Source: Harriotta raleighana
Lineage: Eukaryota
Length of the DNA: 64,000 bases
Direction: 5' to 3'
Assembly (NCBI GenBank): GCA_050575255.1
Contig: JBNZDD010013721.1
Location: 8,722,055 to 8,786,054, forward strand
The position numbers and the translations under genes are program-made. Positions 52,809-64,000 of the stretch are shown here, piece by piece. Under the pieces are notes generated by a model. The model ran no database searches and was not told the origin of the DNA. It saw only the letters and a list, made by a program, of their open reading frames with translations. Each line of letters begins with the position of its first letter. Position 1 is the first letter of the stretch.

Positions 52809-54479
52809 GTAAGAATATTCATCTAAAGTTTGTGTTGCATATTATATTTTCTTTGTCTTTACACTGCATATTTGTGCTCATAAGTCCTATATTCTGATTT
52901 CTAAGTACGCTTGCGTATAAGGAAAGTGTACCTAGAAATTCAGATTTCTTTCAGAAAAGTGTAGATTCTAATTATTTATTATTTATGTATTTTTCAATAA
53001 TCTGCAAGCAGTGTTGCTTATTATCTGAAAACAATTGTTTTCTGGGTTCTCCTTTGTTTTGAAACTTGGAAAGAAAAAATAAGTATGGTTCTGACAAGAA
53101 TCAATAGTCCTACACAAACTTGTACATTTTTCTAAAAGTGCAAACTCTTGTAACAATCATGTTTAATTTTTATCTGGTTTATTAAACAAGTTACCTGGTT
53201 TAATTGAACAAATGACCATTCTTTATGGGTAAACCTACTTAATTAATATTGGTAGAATATTTGACTGGAGAGGAAAGTGGAGGCTGATGAGCAAAATGTA
53301 GCAGTCTTTCACTGTTGAGAACTCACAAAAGAAGAGTTTCTGATTCTGGAGTAGGCAAACTGCTTGATTTAATGGTCATTTTTTATGAGATTGGGAAGCC
53401 TATTGTACATCGTTTTAAAGAGAGAAAAATATGTCTATTTGATTGTAGTTAAATTCAATAGTTTGAACACAATTTGATCCCTTTCCAGAAATTATCCATG
53501 GGCTACAGTGTTACAACTTGAAACCAGGAGGTTGGAAGGAAAAGGGTAAAATAAAATGGTTCATTTTTTAACCGATGAACTTTTCTTGTCTATTTGGCTC
53601 AGCTTGTAGAATACTTAGTTCTGGTATTTAAGGTTGTTCAATTAAGAGATGCATTGGGATGAGAGCTGAAAGTTCCTGCTGATATCTCTTGAGTATGTGA
53701 TAAGTAAGTTGGAAATGGCATCTCCTGGAACCAAGGTCCCATCTGTCTGTTGAGGTGAATGTTAAAAAGTCAGATGATAACTGTTCCGGCCAACAACCTT
53801 CAGGTTAATTAATTCAAAAACTTCATTTTTTGTGGGGACTTGCTGACTCAAATTGTAACTTATGTACCCCAACAAAAAAAAAATCTTTTTAGGAATTCTA
53901 GTTTGAGATTGTGTAACTGTTGTTTGCTTTCACTTAAAAAAAATTAACTTTTGCTCCAAAACCACAATGTGTTTCCTCAACCAATCTTGTTCGTAACTGC
54001 TGGGTAAGCGCTCTGGGATGCTGTGTGAGAAGCACTATATAAATGCAAGTTGTAACTGCACCCCTCATGCAATATTACGCCATACAGAAAGTTGCCCATT
54101 TGATTCCTAGCATTTGCTGAGTTAGTTAATTTCAGTTGAGTTACAGTTGTCTTTAGTATTTTGGGACGGCCTCCCATGTGAAAACTGCTATATACAATTT
54201 AATATATTGCAGCCAGTGTGCCTGCTCCTGATTGCTTTCTAGCAATCTGCTGGAAGTGGAAGTCTGTGTTTTGGCATAGGTGAGAATAGCATTGGCTTTG
54301 TGTTTGATTTCTTCAGTTGAAAACTATTCAACACTTTGTAGGCTGCTGCATGAGAAAAAGCCTCTTAGGTGAGGATACCAGAGCCAGAACATTGAAGCTC
54401 TCTGTACCTGGGGCAGTTCCTTCAGGAGTTTGGGAGACTAGACCCCAAAAATAAAGTGTTAAGCAGGCAATATTTGATG

Positions 54480-55210
54480 CTTAACAATTCACGTTGGGAG
54501 GACGTCCAATTGTAATGGATAATCAGTGTTTTCCGGTGGGGGAGGGGGGAAGGGGGAGGGGTGGAAGACGATGAGGGGGATCAAAGGCATGGTTGAAGAG
54601 GGGCATCAAAGGGAGGGGGGAGGCGGAGGAACAGCAGAATGGGATGGAGGCTAGGAGGTCGCAGCAGTGGGAGAGCAAAGCCGTGAAGGTCAGGACTAAG
54701 ATCTTAAACTATATCTTCTGGGTGATGGGAAGCCAAGAGAATCAGGCGAGGATGGGGCGGATAGGATTAAGGAACCTAGTGCGGGAGAAGACACCAGGCT
54801 GTAGAGTTCTGGATGATCTGCAGCCGATGGATGGAGGAGTTGGGGAGGCTGACAAGTAGGGAGTTTGCATACTCAACCCTGGATGTATGAGGATCTTGTT
54901 GGCCTGCGGTCTGAGACAGTGGCGGAGCTGGGCGATGTTGCGGAGGTGGGGAAAGGCAGAGTGGGTCATTGCATGCGTGTAGGGTGAAAAGAATAGTTGA
55001 GGATCAAAGAAGACGCCCACGGTTCTGGACTGGCTTAGTGAGGTGGAATGCACATGCTTGGACAGTGGTGCTGTGAGTGCCTGAGGTGTAGAGGTGCTGA
55101 CGGGAGCTAATCAGGCGGGCTTCATTCTTGTTGACGTTGAACTGTAGAAAGTTAGTTTTCATCCAGGACTTGATGTCTGCCAGACATTCTGCAGGACAGC
55201 AGTGGTTCTA
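54480..55210 (-). mobile_element. L2-like LINE ORF2 fragment
   Basis: Minus strand reads VGVFFDPQL...SAFPHLRNIAQLRHCL...KILIH, typical of L2. Confidence 0.75.
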
Positions 55211-55324
55211 GAGTCGAAAGTGGAGGCAGAGAGATAGAGATGGGGCATTTGGTGGGGGTGGGGGATTTATAAAAAGTGTAAAACTTGTATGTTGTATGAT
55301 GTGACATGGTGTTACAACAATGTA

Positions 55325-56612
55325 CAGTAAAAGCCCGTTCATCCGGCACCCAGGGGACCTGGCCAGTGCCGGTTAAACGGCCTTCCGGGTTAAACAGCTT
55401 TTTTTTAAAAAAAAATATTAAAAATTATTTTAGCATACCATATTAATAATACACTCAATAATAACAGATAATAACCATATTGTATGGGTACTTTATTGGA
55501 AATGTTGCACACTATATCATATAAATAAGACTGAATACAGTAATAACAGATACTATAATAACAGAATACAGTAAAACCATGGGACCTGGCCAGTAGCAGT
55601 TAAAACGGATTTCTGGTTGAACATTTTTTTCCAAAAAATTTAATATAAAATATAATTTTTTTAAATTAAAAACTATTTTAACACATCATATTAATAATAG
55701 ATGAAATAATAACAGAATATTATATTAGTACATTATTATTTATACTTAATTTCACAACGGCAGTGATGATTCAACAAAAAACAAACGCGACTTTTATAAG
55801 GAGCAGCAGCGAGTTTAGACTAGTTTAGACTGACTAGCGACCAGCACACACAGACACATAGACAGACAGACACACATCCTCAAAGATATTCAGTCTGAAT
55901 CCATCATATAAATTCTATTCACAATCCTCACCCGCCCCCCACTTCCTCTCTGTCCCCCTTTCTCTCTACATCAACCTGCCTGTATCACTCTCTCTCTCTC
56001 GCTCGCTCCATTATGCTTTCCCCATCTCTCTCTCTCCCTTTCCTTCATCTCTCCATCCCCCTCTCCCTCTCTGTTTCCTCCATTTCTCCATTCCCCCCAT
56101 CCCCCCCGCTCCCTCCCTCCCTCTCTCTGGCCGCTACCTGCAGGAGTATTTATTATGTATACAGTACTTAATTTGCAACGCAGCACTCATCTGAACGATG
56201 TTAAAAAAAAAACGAGATTTTTAAAAGGAGCAGGAACGCGTTTAGATCCGGCATTAAATGCGTCATCACTATTCACCGGATAACTTTTTTTGAGATGGCG
56301 GTTGAATGGGTTTTCCGATTATTCGAGTCACAGATTAACAAGGTTTTACAGTATTGTATTAGTACTTTATTTTTCATACTTAACTTCTGAAATGGCGGCT
56401 GTCACGGGAGAAAAAAAAGGCAGAGCAATTTTCAGGCTCCCCTAGCAGCAAGCCGATATACCTGCACACTATTCGCGTGCACCAATCAATTAAATACGCC
56501 ATCACTATTCTGCCGGATAACCTCCGGTTTATCGAATCGGGACTTTTATTTTGACGTGCTGGTTATATGGGTCTTCCGATTCATCGAGTCACAGATAAAC
56601 AAACTTTTACTG
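55325..56612. mobile_element. Composite (nested) Tigger-like MITE
   Basis: Outer ends TA|CAGTAAAAG...CTTTTACTG|TA; inner ends TA|CAGTAAAACC at 55569 and GGTTTTACAG|TA at 56351; related to 37148-37520. Confidence 0.7.
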
Positions 56613-56988
56613 TATCTTGAAATTCAGATTGATTTATTTGTTTGCAATCTGCTGAACAATTTAGTAGGCTGCATTGTGCAGTTTTCTATTCCTATATAAT
56701 CCATTTATACCTGTAATCCGATGATCAGTTTGCAAGTGATCTGACCATTCACCAATCCTGATTTGGTTGGTTCAAGTACAACTAGGATTATATTTGATCT
56801 TTTTTGAATATAGAAATTATAGTTTTGGGGTTCATGAAATTTGGAAAAACAGAATAGACGCTGAATGCTGTAATTGCACTTGCATTTCACAATAATTACG
56901 CATATTCTGTTGAATTATTACAATAACCTAAGAAGTTTGATAATATTGGCATAAAGATGATTCATTAGTCTTGTTCCAAACAGAAATT

Positions 56989-57096
56989 ATGTACCAACTT
57001 CCTGTCAACAACCTTGCAAATCTAAGAAAAGCTCGTAAAACAGTGAAAAAGATCCTCACAGATATTGGATTGGATTATTGCAAAGATCATATAGAG
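56989..57096 (+). CDS. ADNP: ADNP coding exon 1
   Basis: Acceptor ends at 56983, ATG at 56989, ...DYCKDHIE|gtaagt; 108 nt. Confidence 0.93.
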
Positions 57097-60000
57097 GTAA
57101 GTAGAATTTTTTTAGGTTGTACGGGAGGCGGGGATTCAGACTAATAACACAAGGCATTTTCATTGAGGCCTAAGATAATCAGTTTGTTGTTGTACATAGA
57201 AGTGAATGGCAGTTGAGGTACTCTTGGACAGAGACATTATATAGATAACTACGATGGTTATGGCACATTGAGGCAATTAGAAAGTGCTTTTCTGAAATTT
57301 GTGTACAGTAAAATCTCGATAATCATGATAATCATGGCATGGTTGAGGCCACTCACCTCCCGGAATTCGGAGTTTGCTGGTATTTAGAACCAACCTGGAA
57401 ATGGCTGGGGCAGCTCCATCCCATACACCATGTGAGGCTGTAACCACAGCACTGAACCCCAAAAATGCTCAACCTCCACTCACAGCTCTGCCTGACAGAG
57501 CAGCACAAGCTTGAACTTCAAGCGCTCTGCCAAATTTTGGGAGATTTGCCAGACATCTGAAAAAATTAACCCAGTATGGATTTTTAAATCTTGCCGGTTT
57601 TAGGGAGTTGCTGAATTTCAGAATGTCATATTATCGAGGTTTTACTATAGCAAGAGTTTGTTTCTTGTACCTAAAAGTTCTGACATGTTTAGGTAGAGGA
57701 AGCAGAATATTTTTGAGAACTGCCTTTTGTACTGGTCTGCTCTGATATTTTACCTTGTGTGCTTTCTCCCACTACAACTGGAGTGATCTCGTAACATTTA
57801 CCAAATGGTTTGCATTTGCCTCCCATGCTAGTGACTTCAGAAGGTCACTACTTGTGTCATTAATTACTGTGAAGTGTTCTACCAGGTTCTATAAAAATAG
57901 TATTGCATTTTATAGGCAATTGAAATGTGTTTTCAGGATTTTAAACAATTTGAACCAAATGACTTCTACCTGAAGAACACTACGTGGGATGATGTTTCAC
58001 TTTGGGACCCTTCTTCTACAAAACTGCAGGTGAGCTTAATTCAAACTATAATCATGTGAATAGTAATAATCCTTGCATTTGATATAGCACCTTAAATCGG
58101 TCATTGAGATGTCTCAAAGAGCTTGACCGAATGCACTGGGGTGAATGTGCATTTTGTGGGTGACTTACAGGCTTCAAGTAGAAATAGACAAATTATTTGA
58201 CAAATAGAAACTTCTATCTGCCATGCGTTACCATTCATATTTGTGGCTCTTAACTGGGATTTTTTTTAACAATCCATTCATGATTTAAGTTTATTACAGG
58301 TTCAATGTACCTAGTATGTTTAGAACAGTTTCTAACTACCCACTCTAGCACAATTTGATGGATGTTTGACCTTAGAATTCATTTAAAAAATAAATAAGTA
58401 GGAGTACCTACTAACCAAATAATAATGGTTCCATTTGATATGGTGCTTTTCACATCTTCTAGACATCTAAAAGGGTTTCACACAGAATATACTGTAAAGA
58501 GAATTGACTATGTTTGTGGGCCAAATGCAGCAGCCAATTGCGCACAACAGTGTCTCACAAAAGTAATGGATTGAGTGACCAAATGATTTTTTTTCTTGCT
58601 GGATCATCATTATACATAGATATATATATATATATATACTGTCAGCTCACAGGGAATAGCGCTTTTCATGTCTGCTAGACATCTCAAAGCACTTCGTAGC
58701 ATATTCTGTGAAGCGCTTTGAGACGCCTAGAAAAGGTGAAAAGCGCAATATCAAATGCAATGATTTTTATTAGAATTATTATTATCAAGCATGTGGAGTA
58801 AGGGATCTTGCCCAAGATGTCGCCCTGCAAGGAACAAACTCAGGTCTTATCGCTTATGAGGCGAATGTTCTAACCGCTAACACTACTCCTGTAGAACCCA
58901 GATGAATTAGGTCAAACACAGAGGCACATCTATTGCGTACCATTATACTTAGTCTGTTTTATCAAGCTCATTTGGATAATTAATTTGGGACACAATATTT
59001 TTAAAAGGAGCAGTGATCAAAAAATATCCTTGATCTTGCAAGCAAACTAGGGATTTTTTAGTTATATATTCAGTGACAAACTGCACGTATTTTTAATAAT
59101 AATCCTCGAGTTTGATATAGTGCCTTATCACATCTCAAAGCACTTCACAGAATGTGCTATCTAGTGAACTGACTATGTTTTGTGGGAAAAATGCAGCAAT
59201 TAATTGGCAATTAGCTGCTTCGACTATTGACAGTAATGCACCTAAAGTTGCCGTTTTACGTTTTCAGGATTATCGTACAAAACCATTTTGCTGCAGTGCT
59301 TGTCCGTTTGCATCGAAATTCTTTTCTGCCTACAAGAGCCACTTCAGAAATGTCCACAATGAAGATTTTGAAAACAAAATCCTCATAAATTGCCCTTATT
59401 GTCCATACAATGCTGACAGAAAGACTTTGGAGACTCATATTAAGATTTTTCATGTTCCTTTGTGGAAAGTACCCAGTGGGGGCAAGAATGCACACAGTGA
59501 AAAGTCCAAATTTGACAGCAGTCTTAAAATGAAACATGCTGACAGCGTGGAGCAAGCAGTGTATTACTGCAAGAAATGTACCTATCGAGATCCTCTTTAT
59601 GATGTTGTCAGAAAACATATTTACAGGGAACATTTTCAACATATGGCATCGCCTTACGTGGCAAGAGGAGGAGATAAGTCTGTAAATGGCGCATATTCTG
59701 CTGCATCTAATGGACGTGAAGATGGGACTGTACATTGCAAACGATGTCTCTTCATGCCTAAAACTTATGAGGCCTTGGTACAGCATGTTATTGAAGACCA
59801 TGAGCGAGTAGGCTATCAGGTGACTGCAATGATAGGGCACACAAATGTAGTGGTACCAAGATCAAAGCCTCTGATGATGATAGCTCCAAAGCCACATGAT
59901 AAGCTTTCTCTAACTGGCAATCCAAATTATCACAGCATGAAAAGTTCAATGCAGCATAATATGAGTCGTGTATCCATGTCCAAAAACGCACAGAATTCTG

Positions 60001-62852
60001 CTGTCAACCTTATGTCAGGTAATGCTCGTCTGCCACCAAAATATGCTATTTCTTCAATGGCACAAAGCTACTCTTTGGGGCAACAAATGAGGCTCCCACT
60101 GCCAGGTGGTTTACCCGTTTCCCTTCAGCGTTCTCAAACAGTGAAGCAGTTAATGTCCAGTGGCAATGGAAGGCCGTATGGGGTTAGTGCGGAACAAAGG
60201 CGACACCAGATGCAGTTTGGAAGCTTGACTGGTGGTAATGCTGCATCAAGTCAATTATCATTGAAACAAACACAGTATGGTATGTCTCCAAGGATCCATG
60301 GTTTGTCTGCTTCTTCTGCAAAAGCAACTTTAACCTCCCATGGTATAGCTAATTCTGCTCAGAGCTCTGCTTTGGGCTCTGCTGCTCAAAAGTGGAAGAT
60401 CTGCACAATGTGCAATGAGCTTTTCCCAGAAAGTGTGTACAGTATACACTTTGAAAAGGAACATAAAGCTGAAAAGATCCAAGCTGTAGCTAATTACATT
60501 CAGAAGATCAATAGTTTCACCAGCAAATGTCTCTATTGCAACCGATATTTACCCAGTGAAACATTGCTGAACCACATGCTTATACATGGGCTATCGTGTC
60601 CTTACTGCCGTTCCACTTTTAACGATGTTGAAAAGATGGCTGAGCACGTACGAATCCTTCACATCGATGAAGAAGTAGGACCTAAGACTGAATCAACGCT
60701 AACTTTTGATTTGTCTACACAAAAAGGTAGTCGCAGTAATATACAACTACTTGTAACTACATACAGTATTTCTGAGAGTGCCTCAATGGAGAATACATCT
60801 TATCGTCCCGTGAGTCATAACTTAACATTCAGAAAACCAGAAGGGCAGTTGCACCCAAAACCGCAAGCCAAGGCAAAAGGAAAGCCAGATTTGAATTCTT
60901 TACCTCAAACCCAGATACCCTATAAAAATGATGTTGGAAAAACCCTTTGTCCTTTGTGCTTTTCTATTTTGAAAGGCCCAATATCTGATGCTCTGGCTCA
61001 CCATCTGCGGGAACGGCATCAGGTAATACAAACCATTCATCCAGTGGAGAAAAAACTCACCTACAAATGCATTCACTGTTTGGGAGTATACACAAGCAAC
61101 ATGACTGCTTCCACAATAACGTTACATCTGGTACATTGTAGAGGTGTTGGAAAAGCACAAAATGGTCAAGAGCGGAGCCTTGCTCATTCCAAGGTGACCC
61201 ATTCAACAAGTGTAATGCCCATGAAACGTGAATATGAGTACGAATATGGAGACTATGCTTTAATGAAAAAAAGGAAGGTGGATGGTGAGGAAGCTTTTCA
61301 GAGTTTTACCTTGGGAGATGACAAGCTAGAAGAACCAGTAGTTTTAGCTATTGATCCCAAGGGTTACGAAGATGAGTCTTATGAGGCCAGAAAAATGTTC
61401 CTCACAAACTATTTTAACAAGCAACCCTACCCAAACAGAAGGGAAATTGAAAAGTTGGCAGCTGGCTTATGGCTGTGGAAATCAGATATTGCTTCACATT
61501 TCAGTAATAAGAGGAAGAAATGTGTCCGGGACTGTGAGAAATACAGACCGAAAGTCTTGCTTGGATTTAATATGATGGAATTGCGAAAGGTTAAACACAA
61601 TATGGACTTCGCATCTACTTGGAATAAGGTAAACGTCAATGAAGGAGACGGCAAGGAATCTGCCCGTTCAAATGCAGAAAAAGTGGGTGAAAAAGCTTCA
61701 TTTTCCAACCCGGAGAGGGTGAAGGAACGTTCTTTGAGTTTGAAACCAGAAAAAGTGGAGGGAATTAGTTTGATTTCCAACCCTGAAACTGCAGAAGTTG
61801 ATTCAAGTTCGATTGCAGAAAAAGTGGAAGCGGTTGCTTTAAATCCAAGGCCAAAAGAGGAGGCGGGTGCTTTAGATTTGAGTTTTGAGAAAAATGAGAG
61901 AAGTCCTTTGCGAATGAGCCCGATTATGGTGGAGGGAAGTCCTACCCATCTCAGCCCAGTTACAGCAGAGGGAAGTCCCTCCAATCTAAGCCCCGATATT
62001 GCAGAGGGAAGTCCTTCAAATTTAAGCCCAGATATGGCAGAGGGAAGTCTTTCAAATATGAGCCCTGATATGGCAGAGGAGAGTGCTTCAAACCTTTGCC
62101 CATTTGGAGGCGAGGAAAGTGCTTCTAATACTTGTGCAGGTGAAGATTTGCCACCAACCCATATGGGTGGTTTTCAGTCTAGAGAAGAAACCGCTGAAAT
62201 TATTTCTGACGGCTTAAGTAATGACTTACAAAAACCTACAACAAAGTCTCTGTTTGTGAAAACTGCACGGTTGGCCCTGAAGGATGATGAATCAAATATG
62301 GAAGAGGAACAATGTCCTGAGCGATCCTCGGAATCAAAAGGTAAAGAATCAGAAAGTGAAGATTCTGAAGACTTGTCAGAATGTAAAGATGGTGTTTTTC
62401 CTACCGAGGATGGACTGGTTTCTTCAAGAGCATCTGACCTAGAGGATGTTTCACCTGAACTCAAACAAGAGTTTTGGATCAAACGACCTTGGACAGATGA
62501 CGCATCCCAAAGTGGTGAGGAGGAGCCGACACAACAGCCATTAGAAGATAATATCGCATTAGGAAGTGATGAGCAGCACTGGGCTGAAGGGCCGTCTGAG
62601 TGGAGTGGGGAACCATTTCAGAATGAAGAAGAAAAGTGGTCCAAAGAAGAACCTGAGTGGAAGAATGTTTCACCAGAGAACGAGGAAAGCTTGTCTAACC
62701 CATTGTTGGAATGGCAAGGTAACCCAGCAGATAGTGAAGGTGAAGAGCTCGATCAACTCCTTCATCAGTCAAACGATGGCCTTTCAGAAAATGTGGCAGA
62801 ATCTGTTTGTGGCTCATCTTCTGGTGTAGGATTGAGTAGCCAGCCTGCATAG
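56989..62852 (+). CDS. ADNP: Activity-dependent neuroprotector homeobox protein; join(56989..57096,57937..58029,59268..62852), 1261 aa
   Basis: [24 protein letters not shown]-terminus, C2H2 zinc fingers (CSACPF, CPYCPY, CKKCTY, CTMCNE, CPLCFS, CIHCLG), homeodomain (YFNKQPYP...HFSNKRKKC), PKVLL motif; phase-0 GT-AG introns; directly downstream of DPM1. Confidence 0.97.
57937..58029 (+). CDS. ADNP: ADNP coding exon 2
   Basis: tttcag|, [31 protein letters not shown], |gtgagc; 93 nt. Confidence 0.94.
59268..62852 (+). CDS. ADNP: ADNP large last coding exon
   Basis: ttttcag|[14 protein letters not shown]... to TAG at 62850-62852; the ORF-track start at 59154 is intronic. Confidence 0.96.
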   Translation, partial: DYRTKPFCCSACPFASKFFSAYKSHFRNVHNEDFENKILINCPYCPYNADRKTLETHIKIFHVPLWKVPSGGKNAHSEKSKFDSSLKMKHADSVEQAVYYCKKCTYRDPLYDVVRKHIYREHFQHMASPYVARGGDKSVNGAYSAASNGREDGTVHCKRCLFMPKTYEALVQHVIEDHERVGYQVTAMIGHTNVVVPRSKPLMMIAPKPHDKLSLTGNPNYHSMKSSMQHNMSRVSMSKNAQNSAVNLMSGNARLPPKYAISSMAQSYSLGQQMRLPLPGGLPVSLQRSQTVKQLMSSGNGRPYGVSAEQRRHQMQFGSLTGGNAASSQLSLKQTQYGMSPRIHGLSASSAKATLTSHGIANSAQSSALGSAAQKWKICTMCNELFPESVYSIHFEKEHKAEKIQAVANYIQKINSFTSKCLYCNRYLPSETLLNHMLIHGLSCPYCRSTFNDVEKMAEHVRILHIDEEVGPKTESTLTFDLSTQKGSRSNIQLLVTTYSISESASMENTSYRPVSHNLTFRKPEGQLHPKPQAKAKGKPDLNSLPQTQIPYKNDVGKTLCPLCFSILKGPISDALAHHLRERHQVIQTIHPVEKKLTYKCIHCLGVYTSNMTASTITLHLVHCRGVGKAQNGQERSLAHSKVTHSTSVMPMKREYEYEYGDYALMKKRKVDGEEAFQSFTLGDDKLEEPVVLAIDPKGYEDESYEARKMFLTNYFNKQPYPNRREIEKLAAGLWLWKSDIASHFSNKRKKCVRDCEKYRPKVLLGFNMMELRKVKHNMDFASTWNKVNVNEGDGKESARSNAEKVGEKASFSNPERVKERSLSLKPEKVEGISLISNPETAEVDSSSIAEKVEAVALNPRPKEEAGALDLSFEKNERSPLRMSPIMVEGSPTHLSPVTAEGSPSNLSPDIAEGSPSNLSPDMAEGSLSNMSPDMAEESASNLCPFGGEESASNTCAGEDLPPTHMGGFQSREETAEIISDGLSNDLQKPTTKSLFVKTARLALKDDESNMEEEQCPERSSESKGKESESEDSEDLSECKDGVFPTEDGLVSSRASDLEDVSPELKQEFWIKRPWTDDASQSGEEEPTQQPLEDNIALGSDEQHWAEGPSEWSGEPFQNEEEKWSKEEPEWKNVSPENEESLSNPLLEWQGNPADSEGEELDQLLHQSNDGLSENVAESVCGSSSGVGLSSQPA
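61896..62135 (+). repeat. 36-nt (12-aa) coding tandem repeat in ADNP
   Basis: Units start with GAG at 61896, 61932, 61968, 62004, 62040, 62076 and 62112; consensus [12 protein letters not shown]. Confidence 0.9.
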
Positions 62853-63829
62853 AAGATGGGTTTGCTTTGGAGTCTTTGTTGTGAAATGTGTGCAGTATCT
62901 TACAAAGTGGAAAGGAGCCAGTGTATAAAATTTGAAGGACTATTCAGAGGTACAAAAATTACAGACAGAGGAGGCAGCAAATGCAGCAAGTTTCATTGCA
63001 TTTTGCCTCTAGGTTGCTTTACAGTTGTACAAAAGTGGCATATTGTAATTTACTTTCTAAATGTTTTCTCATTTACCTATGGTAGTGAAAGGCCAATTTA
63101 CTTACTGGTTTACAGTGTACTGTACTATAGATTTCAATAAGACCTCTAAGTTTCTTTTATTCATTTACTCGGTCTGCGTAGCTGGAATGTATATTTCTAC
63201 AGTCTTTTAGAGCCATTCTAAGTGAAGCTTATCGTATAGGTCTTGTGTACTTGTTCTAGATTTACTGTATGATTCACATTTTTTTAGTGATACCTCTGCT
63301 GTTAAATAAATGCAGCATTTAGTCCACTTGATAACTGCTTGAAGGAGGTTGTGCTGTAGTGTCTGTCAACATTATTATAAACCTAGTTTTTATTGCACAT
63401 ATCCTTATACAACTTTGGTAGCATTTGGCCAGTAGCTTACTGAACATAAAAACTGGCCTTACTGTAATATGGCAAATTGCTGTTTAATGTATCCTTTGCT
63501 CAAATATTGATGGTTACTGGCATTTCAAATGTTAATGCATTTTTAAAAGTCTCCCTTCGACTTAAATTACTTACAGAGTTAGAAATGAAATTCATAATAA
63601 GCTGATTTCACTAACTTATGTTTTGAATCAGCACAAGTTGTGAATTGGGTAAAACGTGGCAAATATTTAGAAATGCTGGGTTTTTGCCTATTTCACTGTT
63701 ATATGTTAGGGGATGAACACCACTGTGGTGTTTGTATACATTGTATCATCTATGTAATAGTGTCTGTGTAGTAAATTTCATTTTTGTGATCTTTATTTTC
63801 CTTTGTACTTTTCATTTACACTTCTGGAA

Positions 63830-63835
63830 AATAAA
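63830..63835 (+). terminator. Candidate ADNP polyadenylation signal (another at 63305-63310)
   Basis: AATAAA hexamers in the AT-rich 3' UTR; usage unknown. Confidence 0.35.
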
Positions 63836-64000
63836 ATGCTTTATCGTACAATTGTGTGACCATTTTACATTATGAATTTAAGGATAATTTTGAATGCACT
63901 GGTCCCTCAACAGTAAATTGTTCATTCAAACAATTTTTATTTTACACTTTTTAAACTAAAGGTTCTCTTTAAGTCACTTTTTAAAATATTTCATAGCAAT

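Noticed and set aside
59154-59267. N-terminal 38 residues of the 1232-aa ORF
   Set aside because: Intronic and partly SINE-derived; the true ADNP start is at 56989 and this exon begins at 59268
59256-62673. Antisense ORFs over ADNP (and similarly over KCNG1 exons)
   Set aside because: Shadows of the sense coding sequence, with no independent evidence

Overview
Vertebrate genomic DNA; the abundant CR1/L2 LINE fragments, L2-tailed tRNA SINEs and protein divergence suggest a cartilaginous fish (inference). Three intact spliced genes lie on the + strand in the order known from human 20q13: KCNG1 (Kv6.1 silent K+ channel subunit, 2 coding exons, 508 aa), DPM1 (9 exons, 250 aa, intron 6 is GC-AG) and ADNP (3 coding exons, 1261 aa). 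MOCS3, which sits head-to-head with DPM1 in human, is not visible. In its place, on the - strand at about 15.0-24.4 kb, hand translation gives about 12 exon-like segments with stops and frameshifts that follow, in order, the stalk/AAA+ core of RNF213 (mysterin). This looks like an unannotated fossil of a divergent RNF213-like gene and is the main finding; the comparison is to RNF213 sequence recalled from memory and needs a profile search. ADNP has lost the NAP/SIP and ARKS motifs, keeps PxVxL, and carries a 12-aa SP-rich tandem repeat. Four single-N junctions with flanking duplications are probably assembly artefacts. Repeat boundaries are approximate.
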